NCBI GenBank assembly: GCA_041737125.1
Contig: JBGSSJ010000015.1
Location: forward strand, 1 to 57,797
DNA: 57,797 bases
Reading direction: 5' to 3'
Origin: Minisyncoccia bacterium
Lineage (GTDB): Bacteria; Patescibacteriota; Minisyncoccia; Phycocordibacterales; UBA9973
Below are positions 30,975 to 40,973 of the stretch, piece after piece (the stretch's first letter is position 1; the number at the start of each line of letters is the position of its first letter). The position numbers and the translations under genes were made by a program. Below the pieces are notes generated by a model. It did not search any database. It was not told the origin of the DNA and saw nothing but the letters and a program-made list of their open reading frames with translations.

Positions 30975-31469
30975 TTAAGCTTGATCAATGTGTTTTAATT
31001 GTTTCTTTACGAAAGTGTGATCTACTTCATCGTCTTCTAGTAGCTTTTCTGTAGCACGAACAACCAAAGAAACTATTTCTTTCTTCGCTTCGTCTATTAT
31101 TTTCACTTTCTCATCCTCGAGTACTCTCTTTGTACTTGTAATCATGGCCTGGACTTCCACTCTTGCTTCATCTATCATTTCATTCCTCTTTGTTTCTGCT
31201 TGGTCTTTTGCTTCCTTCCATATATCATGTGCATCGAGGCGAGCTTTAGAGACTATCTCATCTGCCTCCTTCTGCGTAAGAGCAAGCATTTCAGAGCTGT
31301 GCTTCGCATCGACAAGACCCTTCTCTATGCGAGCTGATCTCTCTGACATGACCTTCTTTAATGGCTTTAATGCAAATAAATAAAATATAACCAATACAAC
31401 TCCGAAGTTAATCGCTTGAGCGATTATGATCTTCCAATCTATGTGAAATGTTTCTATAAATGAATCCAT
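30975..31469 (-). CDS. atpF: ATP synthase b
   Basis: AQAINF TM, KPL..ER..I coiled coil. Confidence 0.92.
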   Translation of the reverse strand: MDSFIETFHIDWKIIIAQAINFGVVLVIFYLFALKPLKKVMSERSARIEKGLVDAKHSSEMLALTQKEADEIVSKARLDAHDIWKEAKDQAETKRNEMIDEARVEVQAMITSTKRVLEDEKVKIIDEAKKEIVSLVVRATEKLLEDDEVDHTFVKKQLKHIDQA

Positions 31470-31560
31470 AAATACTTAATTAAAATTAATAAATTATTAA
31501 CAACTAATTTCTAGTAACTAGAGATAGAGATCTAATTACTAGTATTATTCGTCAAAAATA

Positions 31561-31779
<219 letters not shown>

Positions 31780-31819
31780 TTATATGTATTAATTAATAAT
31801 AAATTTCCGACTTTTATCC

Positions 31820-31870
31820 GAAGGAAATTATTTCTATAAACAAAATTTATTTACAGAAATAATTTCCTTC
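31820..31870. repeat. 16-bp perfect stem-loop between atpB and atpE
   Basis: gaaggaaattatttct / agaaataatttccttc. Confidence 0.85.
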
Positions 31871-31880
31871 TACAACGCGC

Positions 31881-32822
31881 CTAATGTGCTTGCGCAAGCT
31901 TTGCCTCCCCTTCTTCCTCTACATGATCCTTCTTGTGGTCATGATCTTCATCATGGTCCTGGGAAGCAATCGTGTAGTAAACAAGAGTAAGTATACCGAA
32001 GATGAATGCCTGTATAATACCAACAAATATCTCAAGTATTAGAAACGGTGTAGGCAGTAAGTAAGCGATGATCGCACCCATAGAAGCAAGCAATACTTCA
32101 CCGGCAAATACATTTCCGAAAAGACGGAATGAAAGTGAAGCAATCTTTGCGAATTCACCGATAAGCTCAAGAAAACCAACAGCGAACATGATTGGAGCAG
32201 TCATAAGAATTGTAGGTTCCTTCCTTATCTTCTTAAAGATTCCTCCAAGCGCCTTTATGTTAACATACTTATTGAATGTTTTCCATAAACCTATAGAAAA
32301 TATTCCGAACAAGTTTGCACCTAGAACAGATAGAATTGCGAGTGGTAATGTGCCATTTATATCTGCTGTACCACTACGTATAAGAGGAACGAATACTTCA
32401 CCTTTATCAGTCATTTCTATAAGACCAAAACCGCCTAAAGGCACTAATCCCATCCAGTTATTGAGTAGTACTATAACGAAAACAGAAAAAACTATAGGGA
32501 AAGCTTTGTTCGTTATCTTCCTATCACCTGTTACTTGGTCGCAGAGCTTCTCTGCACCTTCGATTAGAAATTCAAAGAAATTCTGAATACCTTTTGGAAC
32601 TTGTTTTATAGATATACGGATAGCAATAGAAATAGCGATTATAATAAGGACAACTATCCAACTTGTAAAAAGTGCATTTGTTATAGCGAAGTCACCTATG
32701 ATCGGTAAGTGTAAGTGAGCTATAGGCTCAGCGTATAATGTAGGCACATGAGGTACACCTCCTGCTGCCTCTGCTACTTTTGGACTTAGTATACTTATTA
32801 ATTCTGTGTAAATTTGATTCAT
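31881..32822 (-). CDS. atpB: ATP synthase a
   Basis: SLSFRLFGNVFAGE, IQAFIF..L..Y. Confidence 0.95.
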   Translation of the reverse strand: MNQIYTELISILSPKVAEAAGGVPHVPTLYAEPIAHLHLPIIGDFAITNALFTSWIVVLIIIAISIAIRISIKQVPKGIQNFFEFLIEGAEKLCDQVTGDRKITNKAFPIVFSVFVIVLLNNWMGLVPLGGFGLIEMTDKGEVFVPLIRSGTADINGTLPLAILSVLGANLFGIFSIGLWKTFNKYVNIKALGGIFKKIRKEPTILMTAPIMFAVGFLELIGEFAKIASLSFRLFGNVFAGEVLLASMGAIIAYLLPTPFLILEIFVGIIQAFIFGILTLVYYTIASQDHDEDHDHKKDHVEEEGEAKLAQAH

Positions 32823-32825
32823 ATA

Positions 32826-33080
32826 TTATTTTAAATTTCTTTTTGCTTCCTCCTCTTCTTTTAACTTGCTAATGTAATTCTGTAAACTTCTCCAAATACT
32901 GATTAATGAAATGATGAATGCTATGAATGTGAGTCCGAGGAATATCCAAGGAGCTGTATCATATTTAGTATCCAAATATTTACCAAGATAAAGTGCGATA
33001 ACTATTGGTATAGCTACTGCAGCTGAAACTTTTGTGAATATTATTATACCTGGCTTCCACCAGTCGTCTTTGTTGTTCAT
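32826..33080 (-). CDS. AtpZ/AtpI-family protein
   Basis: LGKYLD.KY.TAPWI motif; first gene of atp operon; start set at ATG 33080. Confidence 0.82.
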   Translation of the reverse strand: MNNKDDWWKPGIIIFTKVSAAVAIPIVIALYLGKYLDTKYDTAPWIFLGLTFIAFIISLISIWRSLQNYISKLKEEEEAKRNLK

Positions 33081-33239
33081 ATTAATAGAAAAACATACAT
33101 AAGTGAAAGACATCTCGCCTACGGCGCGTGATTGGTTATTTGTTCAAATAAAACCAATCTTTCGATTCCTTCCCACAAGCAAAGGTTTTGCTTGTTCACA
33201 CTTTACAAATTAAAAAATTGTATTCCAATTTTTTAATTG

Positions 33240-33311
33240 TGCGTGTGGAAGGAATCGAACCTTCGACCTCTGTCTTATCAGGACAGCGTTCTACCACTGA
33301 ACTACACACGC
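33240..33311 (-). tRNA. tRNA-Ile(GAT)
   Basis: Cloverleaf: GCGTGTG/CACACGC acceptor, CTGTC-CT GAT AA-GACAG anticodon arm, GGTTCGATTCC T-arm; CCA not encoded. Confidence 0.95.
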
Positions 33312-33378
33312 ATAGCCTTGAAAAACAGGTGCACTTAGAAACAACAGTGACAATATAGCAAAAAAAGCCTAATTCTGC

Positions 33379-33414
33379 AACTAAAAACACCCTTATAAAA
33401 AGGTGTTTTTAGTT
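33379..33414 (-). terminator. Terminator of RRM gene
   Basis: aactaaaaacacc / ggtgtttttagtt inverted repeat. Confidence 0.75.
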
Positions 33415-33423
33415 TAGATATAA

Positions 33424-33711
33424 TTATCTGTTTCCACGGAAACCACCACTAGCTGGGCGAGCTTCCATAGGACGAGCTTCGTTCACAGTAAGGTTACGAC
33501 CTTCGTAATCTTTACCATCAAACATTGAGATAGCTGTCGCAGCATCAGCATCGTTTTCCATTTCTACGAAACCGAAGCCTTTTGAGCGACCTGTCATCTT
33601 ATCCATAATAATAGTTGCTGATGCAACTGGGCCTGCAGCCTCGAAGAGAGACTTAAGCTCATCGTTAGTCGTCTTATAAGGAAGACCTCCGACATATAAC
33701 TTTTTTGCCAT
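33424..33711 (-). CDS. RNP-1/RRM RNA-binding protein
   Basis: KLYVGGL, GRSKGFGFVEM, LTVNEARP; start set at ATG 33711. Confidence 0.93.
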   Translation of the reverse strand: MAKKLYVGGLPYKTTNDELKSLFEAAGPVASATIIMDKMTGRSKGFGFVEMENDADAATAISMFDGKDYEGRNLTVNEARPMEARPASGGFRGNR

Positions 33712-33770
33712 ATATGACAATGTGCTTTACAATTTGTTACTCATAGAATACCAAATTGTAAATTTAACTA

Positions 33771-33807
33771 ATCCCGACCAAAGTCGGGATCCCGACACTA
33801 GGTCGGG
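33771..33807. repeat. Tandem REP-like GC hairpins
   Basis: atcccgac-caaa-gtcgggat and cccgac-actag-gtcggg. Confidence 0.75.
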
Positions 33808-33945
33808 GCTTATAAATGTAATCGCTCCAAGCCTGATTCCATTTACATACTCAATGTTTGAACATCACGAATATGAAACTGATAACCAAAACGTAACAAC
33901 TACTAGGGAAAATGATAACACAGATGTTATAAAGATACAACAATA

Positions 33946-33980
33946 AATAAAAAAGGGACTGGTATAAAAAACAGTCCCTT
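33946..33980 (-). terminator. Terminator of orphan 34000-34383
   Basis: aagggactg / cagtccctt stem, T-run on minus. Confidence 0.7.
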
Positions 33981-33999
33981 CAATGCTCCCCTCCATTGG

Positions 34000-34383
34000 T
34001 TATCCATGATACGCCATGTGTACTGGATCAGAAAAACCTTGGTATTCAAAAACTTCTATAGGTGGACACATTTGTCTGTTCAGTCCTGCAAACTCTGTAA
34101 ATAAAGGCCTTCGCCCCTCTTTTACGTTTAGAATAGTATATATAAAATTCTGTACTCCAAGAAGAACATCGTACCTGTCTATCTCATTTTGTGATTCCGA
34201 AAATTCGAAATCAGTAATTCCCAAGTCGATTAAGTAAAGAAATTCTATCTCTTTACTTGTAGCAATGGCCAAATAATCCTTCGCTACAATTTCGTACACA
34301 TCGTACAAAGTATTTGAAGATAAATTTCGAGGTAAATAGAATTCTTCCAAAATTCTATCTATTACTGGGTTGAATGCTTTCAT
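34000..34383 (-). CDS. Orphan hypothetical protein
   Basis: ATG 34383 favoured: TTGACA(34463-34458)-17-TAATGT(34440-34435) would start transcription downstream of the TTG at 34434. Confidence 0.55.
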   Translation of the reverse strand: MKAFNPVIDRILEEFYLPRNLSSNTLYDVYEIVAKDYLAIATSKEIEFLYLIDLGITDFEFSESQNEIDRYDVLLGVQNFIYTILNVKEGRRPLFTEFAGLNRQMCPPIEVFEYQGFSDPVHMAYHG

Positions 34384-34465
34384 AGTAAATTTTTTTATTG
34401 GTTTAAAAAATGGTTCCAGTTTGTGTTTAATCAAACATTACTATAGATATCAATATGTGTCAAAG

Positions 34466-35407
34466 TTATTCCTCCTCTTCATCTCCCACTACTCCTGCTT
34501 GCATGGCGTCTATAATTTTATTTAAGTTGCCGTCCATAATGCCTGGGATATTGGACCAAGATTGCTTGATACGGTGGTCGGTGACTCGGTCTTGTGGGAA
34601 GTTATAAGTACGTATCTTCTCGCTTCTATCTGCTGTACCTATTTGGGCTTTCCTATCACCAGAGTACTTCTTTGCTTCTTCCTCGTCCTGCATCATTTGA
34701 AGCTTGGCTATGAGGATACTCATAGCTTTCTCGCGGTTCCCTAGCTGATTACGCTCTGAAGTTGAGCGTACGTCTATGCCTGTTGGCTTGTGTATAAGCC
34801 TGACTGCAGTTTCAACTTTGTTCACATTTTGCCCCCCTGCTCCGCCCGAGCGTGAGTATTCCATGTCGAGATCCGCTGGATTAATAACTATTTTTGACTT
34901 CTTACGGATTGGAAGGATAGCAATAGAAGCTGTCGAAGTATGTATTCTGCCATTCTTCTCTGTCGCAGGTATGCGCTGGACACGGTGGACACCTGTTTCG
35001 TAGCGGAGGAGTTTATATACGTCTTTACCCTTTATCTCTAGAGTGTATTCATCGAGGTGCTTACTATTCCAGCCTTTCATATCTGCATATCTCTCATACA
35101 TCATTACGAGCTCAAGTGCGAAGAGTGAAGCTTCATCACCACCTGCTCCAGCTCGAGCTTCTAGTATGACTTCATTCGGGAATTCTTCTTCTTCCACATC
35201 TGCTTTCATTATCTCCTCTAGTTGCCTCTCTATTGCTTCTTTCTGGAATTTAATATTTTGCAATTCTTCATCGGCAAGATCACGAAGTGAAGGATCATCC
35301 GATACCATGTCATTTACCTTCTTTTCCTCATTAAGTAAGCGCTCGTATTCTAGGGCGAAGTAGCTAGTCTTGTGATCTTTTTTTAATTCTTCTAAATCGA
35401 AGTTCAT
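34466..35407 (-). CDS. prfA: Peptide chain release factor 1
   Basis: RVQRIPAT (PxT), [21 protein letters not shown]. Confidence 0.95.
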   Translation of the reverse strand: MNFDLEELKKDHKTSYFALEYERLLNEEKKVNDMVSDDPSLRDLADEELQNIKFQKEAIERQLEEIMKADVEEEEFPNEVILEARAGAGGDEASLFALELVMMYERYADMKGWNSKHLDEYTLEIKGKDVYKLLRYETGVHRVQRIPATEKNGRIHTSTASIAILPIRKKSKIVINPADLDMEYSRSGGAGGQNVNKVETAVRLIHKPTGIDVRSTSERNQLGNREKAMSILIAKLQMMQDEEEAKKYSGDRKAQIGTADRSEKIRTYNFPQDRVTDHRIKQSWSNIPGIMDGNLNKIIDAMQAGVVGDEEEE

Positions 35408-35527
35408 CCGTTAGTAAAATTTTAATAATAATTAATTCTTTATACAACCTTTTCATCTCGTACATTTTTTAATAACTAATCTTATTAATCAAAAATTTAC
35501 TACGGGACAAGTATATTTATTATAACA

Positions 35528-35641
35528 AAAAATACGAATTAGTCTTTCTGGATGGGCTCGCGTAGTGTGTCGACACAAGCAATGAGGAAATTTCTAGTAA
35601 GAAATTTCCGGACCCGTAAGAGAGAGCTAATTCGTATTTTT
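35528..35641. repeat. Multi-stem element with 15-bp terminal inverted repeat
   Basis: aaaaatacgaattag / ctaattcgtattttt enclosing tgtgtcgacaca and ggaaatttct-agta-agaaatttcc. Confidence 0.8.
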
Positions 35642-35644
35642 ACC

Positions 35645-35860
35645 TTATTTCTTTGTCTTAGCGACAGAAGCACGCTTCTTGAAGCGGTCTACACGTCCTG
35701 CCGTGTCTAGTATCTTGTCATTGCCTGTATAGAATGGGTGACATTGACTACATATTTCAACATCCATTTTGTCCATAGATGAACCTACAGGGAAAGTAGA
35801 ACCACATGCGCATGTGACTGGTGTATTATTGTTATATTTTGGGTGAATATCTTTCTTCAT
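35645..35860 (-). CDS. rpmE: 50S ribosomal protein bL31 (Zn-binding type)
   Basis: [28 protein letters not shown]. Confidence 0.96.
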   Translation of the reverse strand: MKKDIHPKYNNNTPVTCACGSTFPVGSSMDKMDVEICSQCHPFYTGNDKILDTAGRVDRFKKRASVAKTKK

Positions 35861-35885
35861 ATTGGGCTATATTATCATGAATATG

Positions 35886-37274
35886 TTAATCCTGCAATAG
35901 GTCAATATTATTCTGTATTCCTATCTTTAGCTTCATCACACTATTACTATAGGCACATGTCGCACCACCTGTTCCGTAGTATTTACAAGCTGCTCTATGC
36001 TGAGCACTCGGAGTATTACCTACTGCGCCTAAATCAGTCAAATACATAGATGATGCGAAGAAAGCATCTCTTGGGTTCCAAGGGCTTGCTTCTCTGCCGA
36101 GTACAGATTTCAACCTCCCCTCGAACATTTTCCATGTAGAAGGTATAAACTGCGCTGGACCCATGGCTCCACCCCAGCCGTATGCTGATCCGTCCTGTTT
36201 TCGATACATTGGTATCCAGCATGACACACGAGTAGTTGAGTAATCAAGACCCAGTTTACTTGTAATACTTAGGAATACTGGTACATCACGAGTTGGGCTC
36301 ATAACTCTCTTTTGTGCACTGCCAGTGTTCGCACCCTTACCGTTACCTGTAACTGTATCCGTGAGGTAACATTGACCAACGTTCTTCCCGAGATTACTTT
36401 CTTGGGTAAGTATTGCTAGTAAAAAGGCTGGGTCGATATTGAATTGTTTGCTTGCTTCTTTTGCATAAGTTAAAGCTTGCTCGAAGTTTATCTGCTGTGA
36501 ACCACCAACTAAGTTAAAGATTGCAGAGAGTATCTGTGCTTTCCTTTTATTCTTTTCGTCAATTACTTTTTGATACTCACTCTCTTTACTCTTACTTATA
36601 GTTAGAACATTCTTCTTTTCCTTTTCGGTTAGTTCAACTTTAGCTTTCGCGGCTTCTAATTGGTATTTATTATCTGTCTCTTCGTTCTTCTTCTTTTCTA
36701 AATCCTTTCTTTCGGCTTCGGTCAGTCTCTTTACCCCGTTTATCTCATCGACAGATTCCTGTATACCTCTTTTAATAGAAGCAAAGTTACTAATATCACT
36801 ATATGCGTCTGATATATTATCTTGGGATAAAACTAGATGGATAATAGACTTGTCTTCAATTTGCCTCTCTTTTCTTATTAACTGAGCAAGTGACTCCTTT
36901 TCCCTCTCTATTTTAGTGGATAATGCTTCAATTTTCTTACCTTTTGCATCTATTTCACCCCCTAGTTTCTTGATAACTAGAGTTTTTGCACTAATTTCTG
37001 ACTTTGATTTACTTATTTGGCTAGTAAGTATAGCAATATCACGTGATAGTGAAGTCGACTGACCTTTTTGGGCAGTTAGTTCCTTTTGTTTTTGGGCTAT
37101 TTCTTTTTCTAATTCTTGTAATTCTCTTTCTAATCTTTGTTTATCAGTCTGTGCATTAGTTAAAGCTTGATTTTCAGCATTAACAAATTGTGTATTGTAT
37201 ATATTATTACTAAAGATAAGTGTGATTATGAATGTAAAGACAAAAAAATATCGGATTAATTTTTCCATACACAT
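35886..37274 (-). CDS. Coiled-coil + lytic transglycosylase (SLT-like) cell-wall protein
   Basis: N-terminal TM/signal, long coiled coil, QESNLG, GGAMGPAQFIPSTW. Confidence 0.85.
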   Translation of the reverse strand: MCMEKLIRYFFVFTFIITLIFSNNIYNTQFVNAENQALTNAQTDKQRLERELQELEKEIAQKQKELTAQKGQSTSLSRDIAILTSQISKSKSEISAKTLVIKKLGGEIDAKGKKIEALSTKIEREKESLAQLIRKERQIEDKSIIHLVLSQDNISDAYSDISNFASIKRGIQESVDEINGVKRLTEAERKDLEKKKNEETDNKYQLEAAKAKVELTEKEKKNVLTISKSKESEYQKVIDEKNKRKAQILSAIFNLVGGSQQINFEQALTYAKEASKQFNIDPAFLLAILTQESNLGKNVGQCYLTDTVTGNGKGANTGSAQKRVMSPTRDVPVFLSITSKLGLDYSTTRVSCWIPMYRKQDGSAYGWGGAMGPAQFIPSTWKMFEGRLKSVLGREASPWNPRDAFFASSMYLTDLGAVGNTPSAQHRAACKYYGTGGATCAYSNSVMKLKIGIQNNIDLLQD

Positions 37275-37283
37275 ATTATAGCA

Positions 37284-37318
37284 TAAAAAATCCCCTCATT
37301 GTCCATGTGGGGATTCTT
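37284..37318 (-). terminator. Terminator after rplY
   Basis: aatcccc / ggggatt stem, T-run on minus. Confidence 0.6.
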
Positions 37319-37331
37319 TATAAATATAATA

Positions 37332-37985
37332 TTATTTAGCTTCTGTTTCTTCACCACCTTCTTCTTCTTCTTTCTTACCTTTCTTTTCTACTTCAATTGC
37401 AGATAAATCAACAGGAGTAGCTTCTTCTTCTACTTTCTCTGCCTTTGCTGGAGCAACTAGGGCCACTACTTCTTCAGAATCTGTAAGAATAGTGACACCT
37501 TTTGGAGCTACTATATCTTTGACGTGAATCTGGTCTTGTAATGTAGCAAGTGATGATATATCAACTGTGATAGTGTGAGGAAGATCTTTTGGAAGAGCTT
37601 TCACTTCTACTGTGTGAAGAACTTTCATGAGTGAACCCAAGCCTGCCTTCTCAGCAGGAGCTATACCTGTGAATTCGAGTTCTATCGCTACTTCGATTTC
37701 CTTATTCATATCGACAGCTAGGAAGTCTACGTGTACAGGGAATCCTTTCACAGGATCTACTTGTACGTCATGTATAAGTACATCAATTTTCTTGCCTTCT
37801 AATAGAAGCTCGATTGTACTTGACTCGCCGGCTTCTTTTAAAGCTTTTATGAAGTCGACACTCGATACGGAAATTGATGTGTTTTCCACACGAGCGCCAT
37901 AGACTACGCTTGGAACCATGCCGTTAGATCGCACAGTTGCAAGCTTATCTGTCTTACTTCGCTTTGTTGCGGTTAATGTTTGCAT
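37332..37985 (-). CDS. rplY: 50S ribosomal protein bL25/Ctc
   Basis: VPSVVYG, DVQVDPV..HVDF, LPHTITVDIS. Confidence 0.93.
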   Translation of the reverse strand: MQTLTATKRSKTDKLATVRSNGMVPSVVYGARVENTSISVSSVDFIKALKEAGESSTIELLLEGKKIDVLIHDVQVDPVKGFPVHVDFLAVDMNKEIEVAIELEFTGIAPAEKAGLGSLMKVLHTVEVKALPKDLPHTITVDISSLATLQDQIHVKDIVAPKGVTILTDSEEVVALVAPAKAEKVEEEATPVDLSAIEVEKKGKKEEEEGGEETEAK

Positions 37986-38028
37986 AGGTGTGATAGTAGC
38001 ATAAAAACCCTATTTGGGCAAATAGTTT

Positions 38029-39555
38029 TTATTCCAATTCTGTAGTAGCTGGAGGTTTTGGTGTTTCATCGAAGAAGACTCGGTTGAAGCCGTGTTTGGT
38101 TACTTCGGTAATTATAGATTTACGAATATCGCTTGGTATCTCGAGGCCTTTCACAGTCATAAAGTCAGTCGATGATACAGTCCGCACTACTATTGGGTAA
38201 TTATATGACCTACTATCCCCTTGCACTCCGACAGTTTTAGCTCCAAGGAGCGCAACAACTATTTGTGATATCTCTTTGTAGAAAGGTTCTTTCTTTAGTA
38301 TTTCTGTCACTATACTATCTGCAAGTCTTACTTTGTCTATAAGTTCACGTGTAGCGGATGTGCCTACAACGCGTACGAAGAGTCCGGGGCCTGGGAATGG
38401 CTTCCTCTCACTAATAGCACTCTCAAGTCCGATATTACGGGCAATCTCACGCACTTCATGCTTGAATAAGTGTGCAAATGGAGTGACTTCTTTGACTCCG
38501 AAATCAAGCCCTACATTGTGGTGGGATTTTATTTTCGAAGCACCACCTAAGTGGCCGGACTCTATCAAGTCAGTCGCAAGTGTACCCTGGAGTATGTGAG
38601 TTATATTATTATCTTTAATAATTTTCTTGAAAATTTGCTGATATGTTTCTTTGAATAATCGCCTCTTCTCTTCTGCGTCAATCTCATCACCTATATTATT
38701 GAAAAATTGTTCTTTAGCATCCACTATATGTAAGTTGATGCCTGCATTCTGGCACATTGTTCTCACCTCCTCTACTTCATTGTGTCGCATTGCACCCGTG
38801 TCTATAAAGAATGGGAATAAATCGTTCCCCATAGTTGAAGCAAGTAACCCGGCAAGCGTAGTAGAGTCCACTCCACCCGATACACCAATAGCTACTTTAC
38901 CACCACCCACAATTCCTGATACTTCATCTTGGATATTCTTTATAACATCACTTGCTTCCCAGTTGGGAACGCATTCACATATATTCGTAATAAAATTTTT
39001 TAAGATTAGATTATCATCTTCTGTGTCAGTAACTTCTGGGTGGAATTGTACACCATATAATTTATTTACTTTATCTTCTATTGCTTCTATAACATTCGGA
39101 GACCGAGCTATGATTGTAAATCCTTCTGGAGCATCGCGTACAATGTCGCCATGGCTTGCCCAGACTTTGAGCTTATCTTTCAAGCCGCGGAATAAGTTGC
39201 TCTCTGATAGTGTGACTTCTATAGGACCATATTCCTTCTTGCCGTGCTCCACTCCCGATACTAAAGATTTATCAGAATGGTATGCGAGGTATTGCATACC
39301 GAAACATATTCCCAATATCGGGCAGCCTACTTTAAATATCTCTTCAGATATTACAGGTGCATCACTATCGTACACACTAGATGCTCCGCCAGAGAGAATA
39401 ATTGCTTTTGGTTTTGATCTTTTCAGATATTCTTCCACAACATTTGGCTTTAGTATTAGAGATTTATATCCGAGCTTCAGTAATTCGCGCGCTATGATGC
39501 TCGTGTATTGTGAACCTAAGTCAATTATAATTATCTGTGGATTTTCTATGGACAT
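38029..39555 (-). CDS. guaA: GMP synthase (glutamine-hydrolysing)
   Basis: DLGSQY, GICFGMQ, QFHPEV, SGGVDS, KSHHN, PFPGPGL, KPPATTE. Confidence 0.95.
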   Translation of the reverse strand: MSIENPQIIIIDLGSQYTSIIARELLKLGYKSLILKPNVVEEYLKRSKPKAIILSGGASSVYDSDAPVISEEIFKVGCPILGICFGMQYLAYHSDKSLVSGVEHGKKEYGPIEVTLSESNLFRGLKDKLKVWASHGDIVRDAPEGFTIIARSPNVIEAIEDKVNKLYGVQFHPEVTDTEDDNLILKNFITNICECVPNWEASDVIKNIQDEVSGIVGGGKVAIGVSGGVDSTTLAGLLASTMGNDLFPFFIDTGAMRHNEVEEVRTMCQNAGINLHIVDAKEQFFNNIGDEIDAEEKRRLFKETYQQIFKKIIKDNNITHILQGTLATDLIESGHLGGASKIKSHHNVGLDFGVKEVTPFAHLFKHEVREIARNIGLESAISERKPFPGPGLFVRVVGTSATRELIDKVRLADSIVTEILKKEPFYKEISQIVVALLGAKTVGVQGDSRSYNYPIVVRTVSSTDFMTVKGLEIPSDIRKSIITEVTKHGFNRVFFDETPKPPATTELE

Positions 39556-39558
39556 ATA

Positions 39559-40962
39559 TTAGGATAATTTAATTTTCTCTATCATCTCGTCTCTTTTTGG
39601 TCCGGTAGATATAAATGCTATAGGTACTCCAACTTCTTTTTCTATAAATTCTAGGTAATCTTTTGCTTCCTTTGGTAATTCATCATATGAAGTAGCACCG
39701 CGAGTACTTGTCTTCCAACCTGGAAGCTTCTTGTAAATTCCTCTCACCTCTCCTAATCTATCCATATCTACATTCTCGAAATTATCATATCCTATACAGA
39801 CAGGAATTTCTTCTAATGTATCTAGGATATCAAGCTTCGTAATACCAAGTTTGGTGACACCGTTAAGAGATACTGCGTATTTCACAAGTGGTAAGTCGAG
39901 CCATCCACAGCGACGCAGTCTGCCAGTAGTTGCTCCGTATTCGCGACCTAAAGTTCGAAGTGCTATCTCTTGGTGAAGTGGATCAGAATCGTTCACATCG
40001 TATTCGAAGTTTTCTTCATCTACTCTTTTATGTGATCCGGACCAAGCGTATGCCTCTTTGCCACCAATCTCTGTCGGGAAAGGCCCACTACCTACACGCG
40101 TACTATATGCTTTGCATATTCCGATAACTTCGCCTATTGATTGTGGTGAGATACCAAGTCCTACACATGCTCCAGCGGAAGTGGTATGTGAAGATGTTAC
40201 ATCACGTCTAGAACCGAAGCGAACATCAAGGAGAGTGCCTTGCGCACCTTCAGCAAGTACTTGCATACCTCCACTTAATGATGTGTCCATAAAGTTATGA
40301 GAAGAAACTATGTTTAGAGTTCGCATGAATTTAACACAATTGAAAAATTCTTCTTCCATCAAAGCGAGTGCTTGCTCATCTATATTAAAATTATATTTAT
40401 TCTCGAGTGTATTTAAATGCGAAGCTTTTATCTCAGCATATCTTTTATTAAAGATATCTTCATTTACTGCTTCGTATACAGACAGGTCATCTGTGCGCCC
40501 ATAAAAGTCGCTGTAAGTCGGGCCTATGGCTTTGCCTGTTGTACCAATCTTCCCTGTTCCACGATGAGCTTCCTGAGCATTGTCTATGAGCTTCGCCGTA
40601 GGGACTACCACTGTTGCTTCTTTGGATATGAATAAATTCTCTTTCCACCATGGAGCTATATCGGCTATTTCTTCTATTTCTTTCTTCATAGAGATTACAT
40701 CAACATTGACTCCAGCGCCGATAAGGTTATGAGTATCTTTTTGTAGCATGCCGGAAGGTAATGCATGGAACACCACAGACCTTTCACCGAATTCTATAGA
40801 GTGTCCAGCATTTGATCCTCCTTGGAAGCGAGCGACTACGAGTTTGTGCAACTTACTTAGGAATAAGACAAGGAAGTCTATAAACTTCCCTTTCCCTTCA
40901 TCACCCCATTGCAAACCAACTATCACCATGACACCTTTCCTTTTCTGTTGATTGTTTTCCAT
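39559..40962 (-). CDS. purA: Adenylosuccinate synthetase
   Basis: GLQWGDEGKGK, RFQGGSNAGH, EGAQG, TRVGSGPFPTE, GATTGRLRRCGWLD. Confidence 0.93.
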   Translation of the reverse strand: MENNQQKRKGVMVIVGLQWGDEGKGKFIDFLVLFLSKLHKLVVARFQGGSNAGHSIEFGERSVVFHALPSGMLQKDTHNLIGAGVNVDVISMKKEIEEIADIAPWWKENLFISKEATVVVPTAKLIDNAQEAHRGTGKIGTTGKAIGPTYSDFYGRTDDLSVYEAVNEDIFNKRYAEIKASHLNTLENKYNFNIDEQALALMEEEFFNCVKFMRTLNIVSSHNFMDTSLSGGMQVLAEGAQGTLLDVRFGSRRDVTSSHTTSAGACVGLGISPQSIGEVIGICKAYSTRVGSGPFPTEIGGKEAYAWSGSHKRVDEENFEYDVNDSDPLHQEIALRTLGREYGATTGRLRRCGWLDLPLVKYAVSLNGVTKLGITKLDILDTLEEIPVCIGYDNFENVDMDRLGEVRGIYKKLPGWKTSTRGATSYDELPKEAKDYLEFIEKEVGVPIAFISTGPKRDEMIEKIKLS

Positions 40963-40973
40963 ATTTTGCGAAT

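Noticed and set aside
33196-33390. 64-aa ORF
   Set aside because: Overlaps tRNA-Ile on the same strand; spurious
34384-34434. PFFK motif in the TTG-started extension of ORF 34000-34434 as a third tag
   Set aside because: The predicted promoter places this stretch in the 5' UTR; likely coincidence
38651-39562. 303-aa plus-strand ORF and similar antisense ORFs (e.g. 28420-29088, 32068-32586, 15880-16320)
   Set aside because: Shadows of well-supported genes on the opposite strand; no motifs
39559-40962. PurZ (Z-genome) instead of PurA
   Set aside because: Catalytic Asp retained (GDEGKGK) where PurZ has Ser; context is guaA/guaB, not phage
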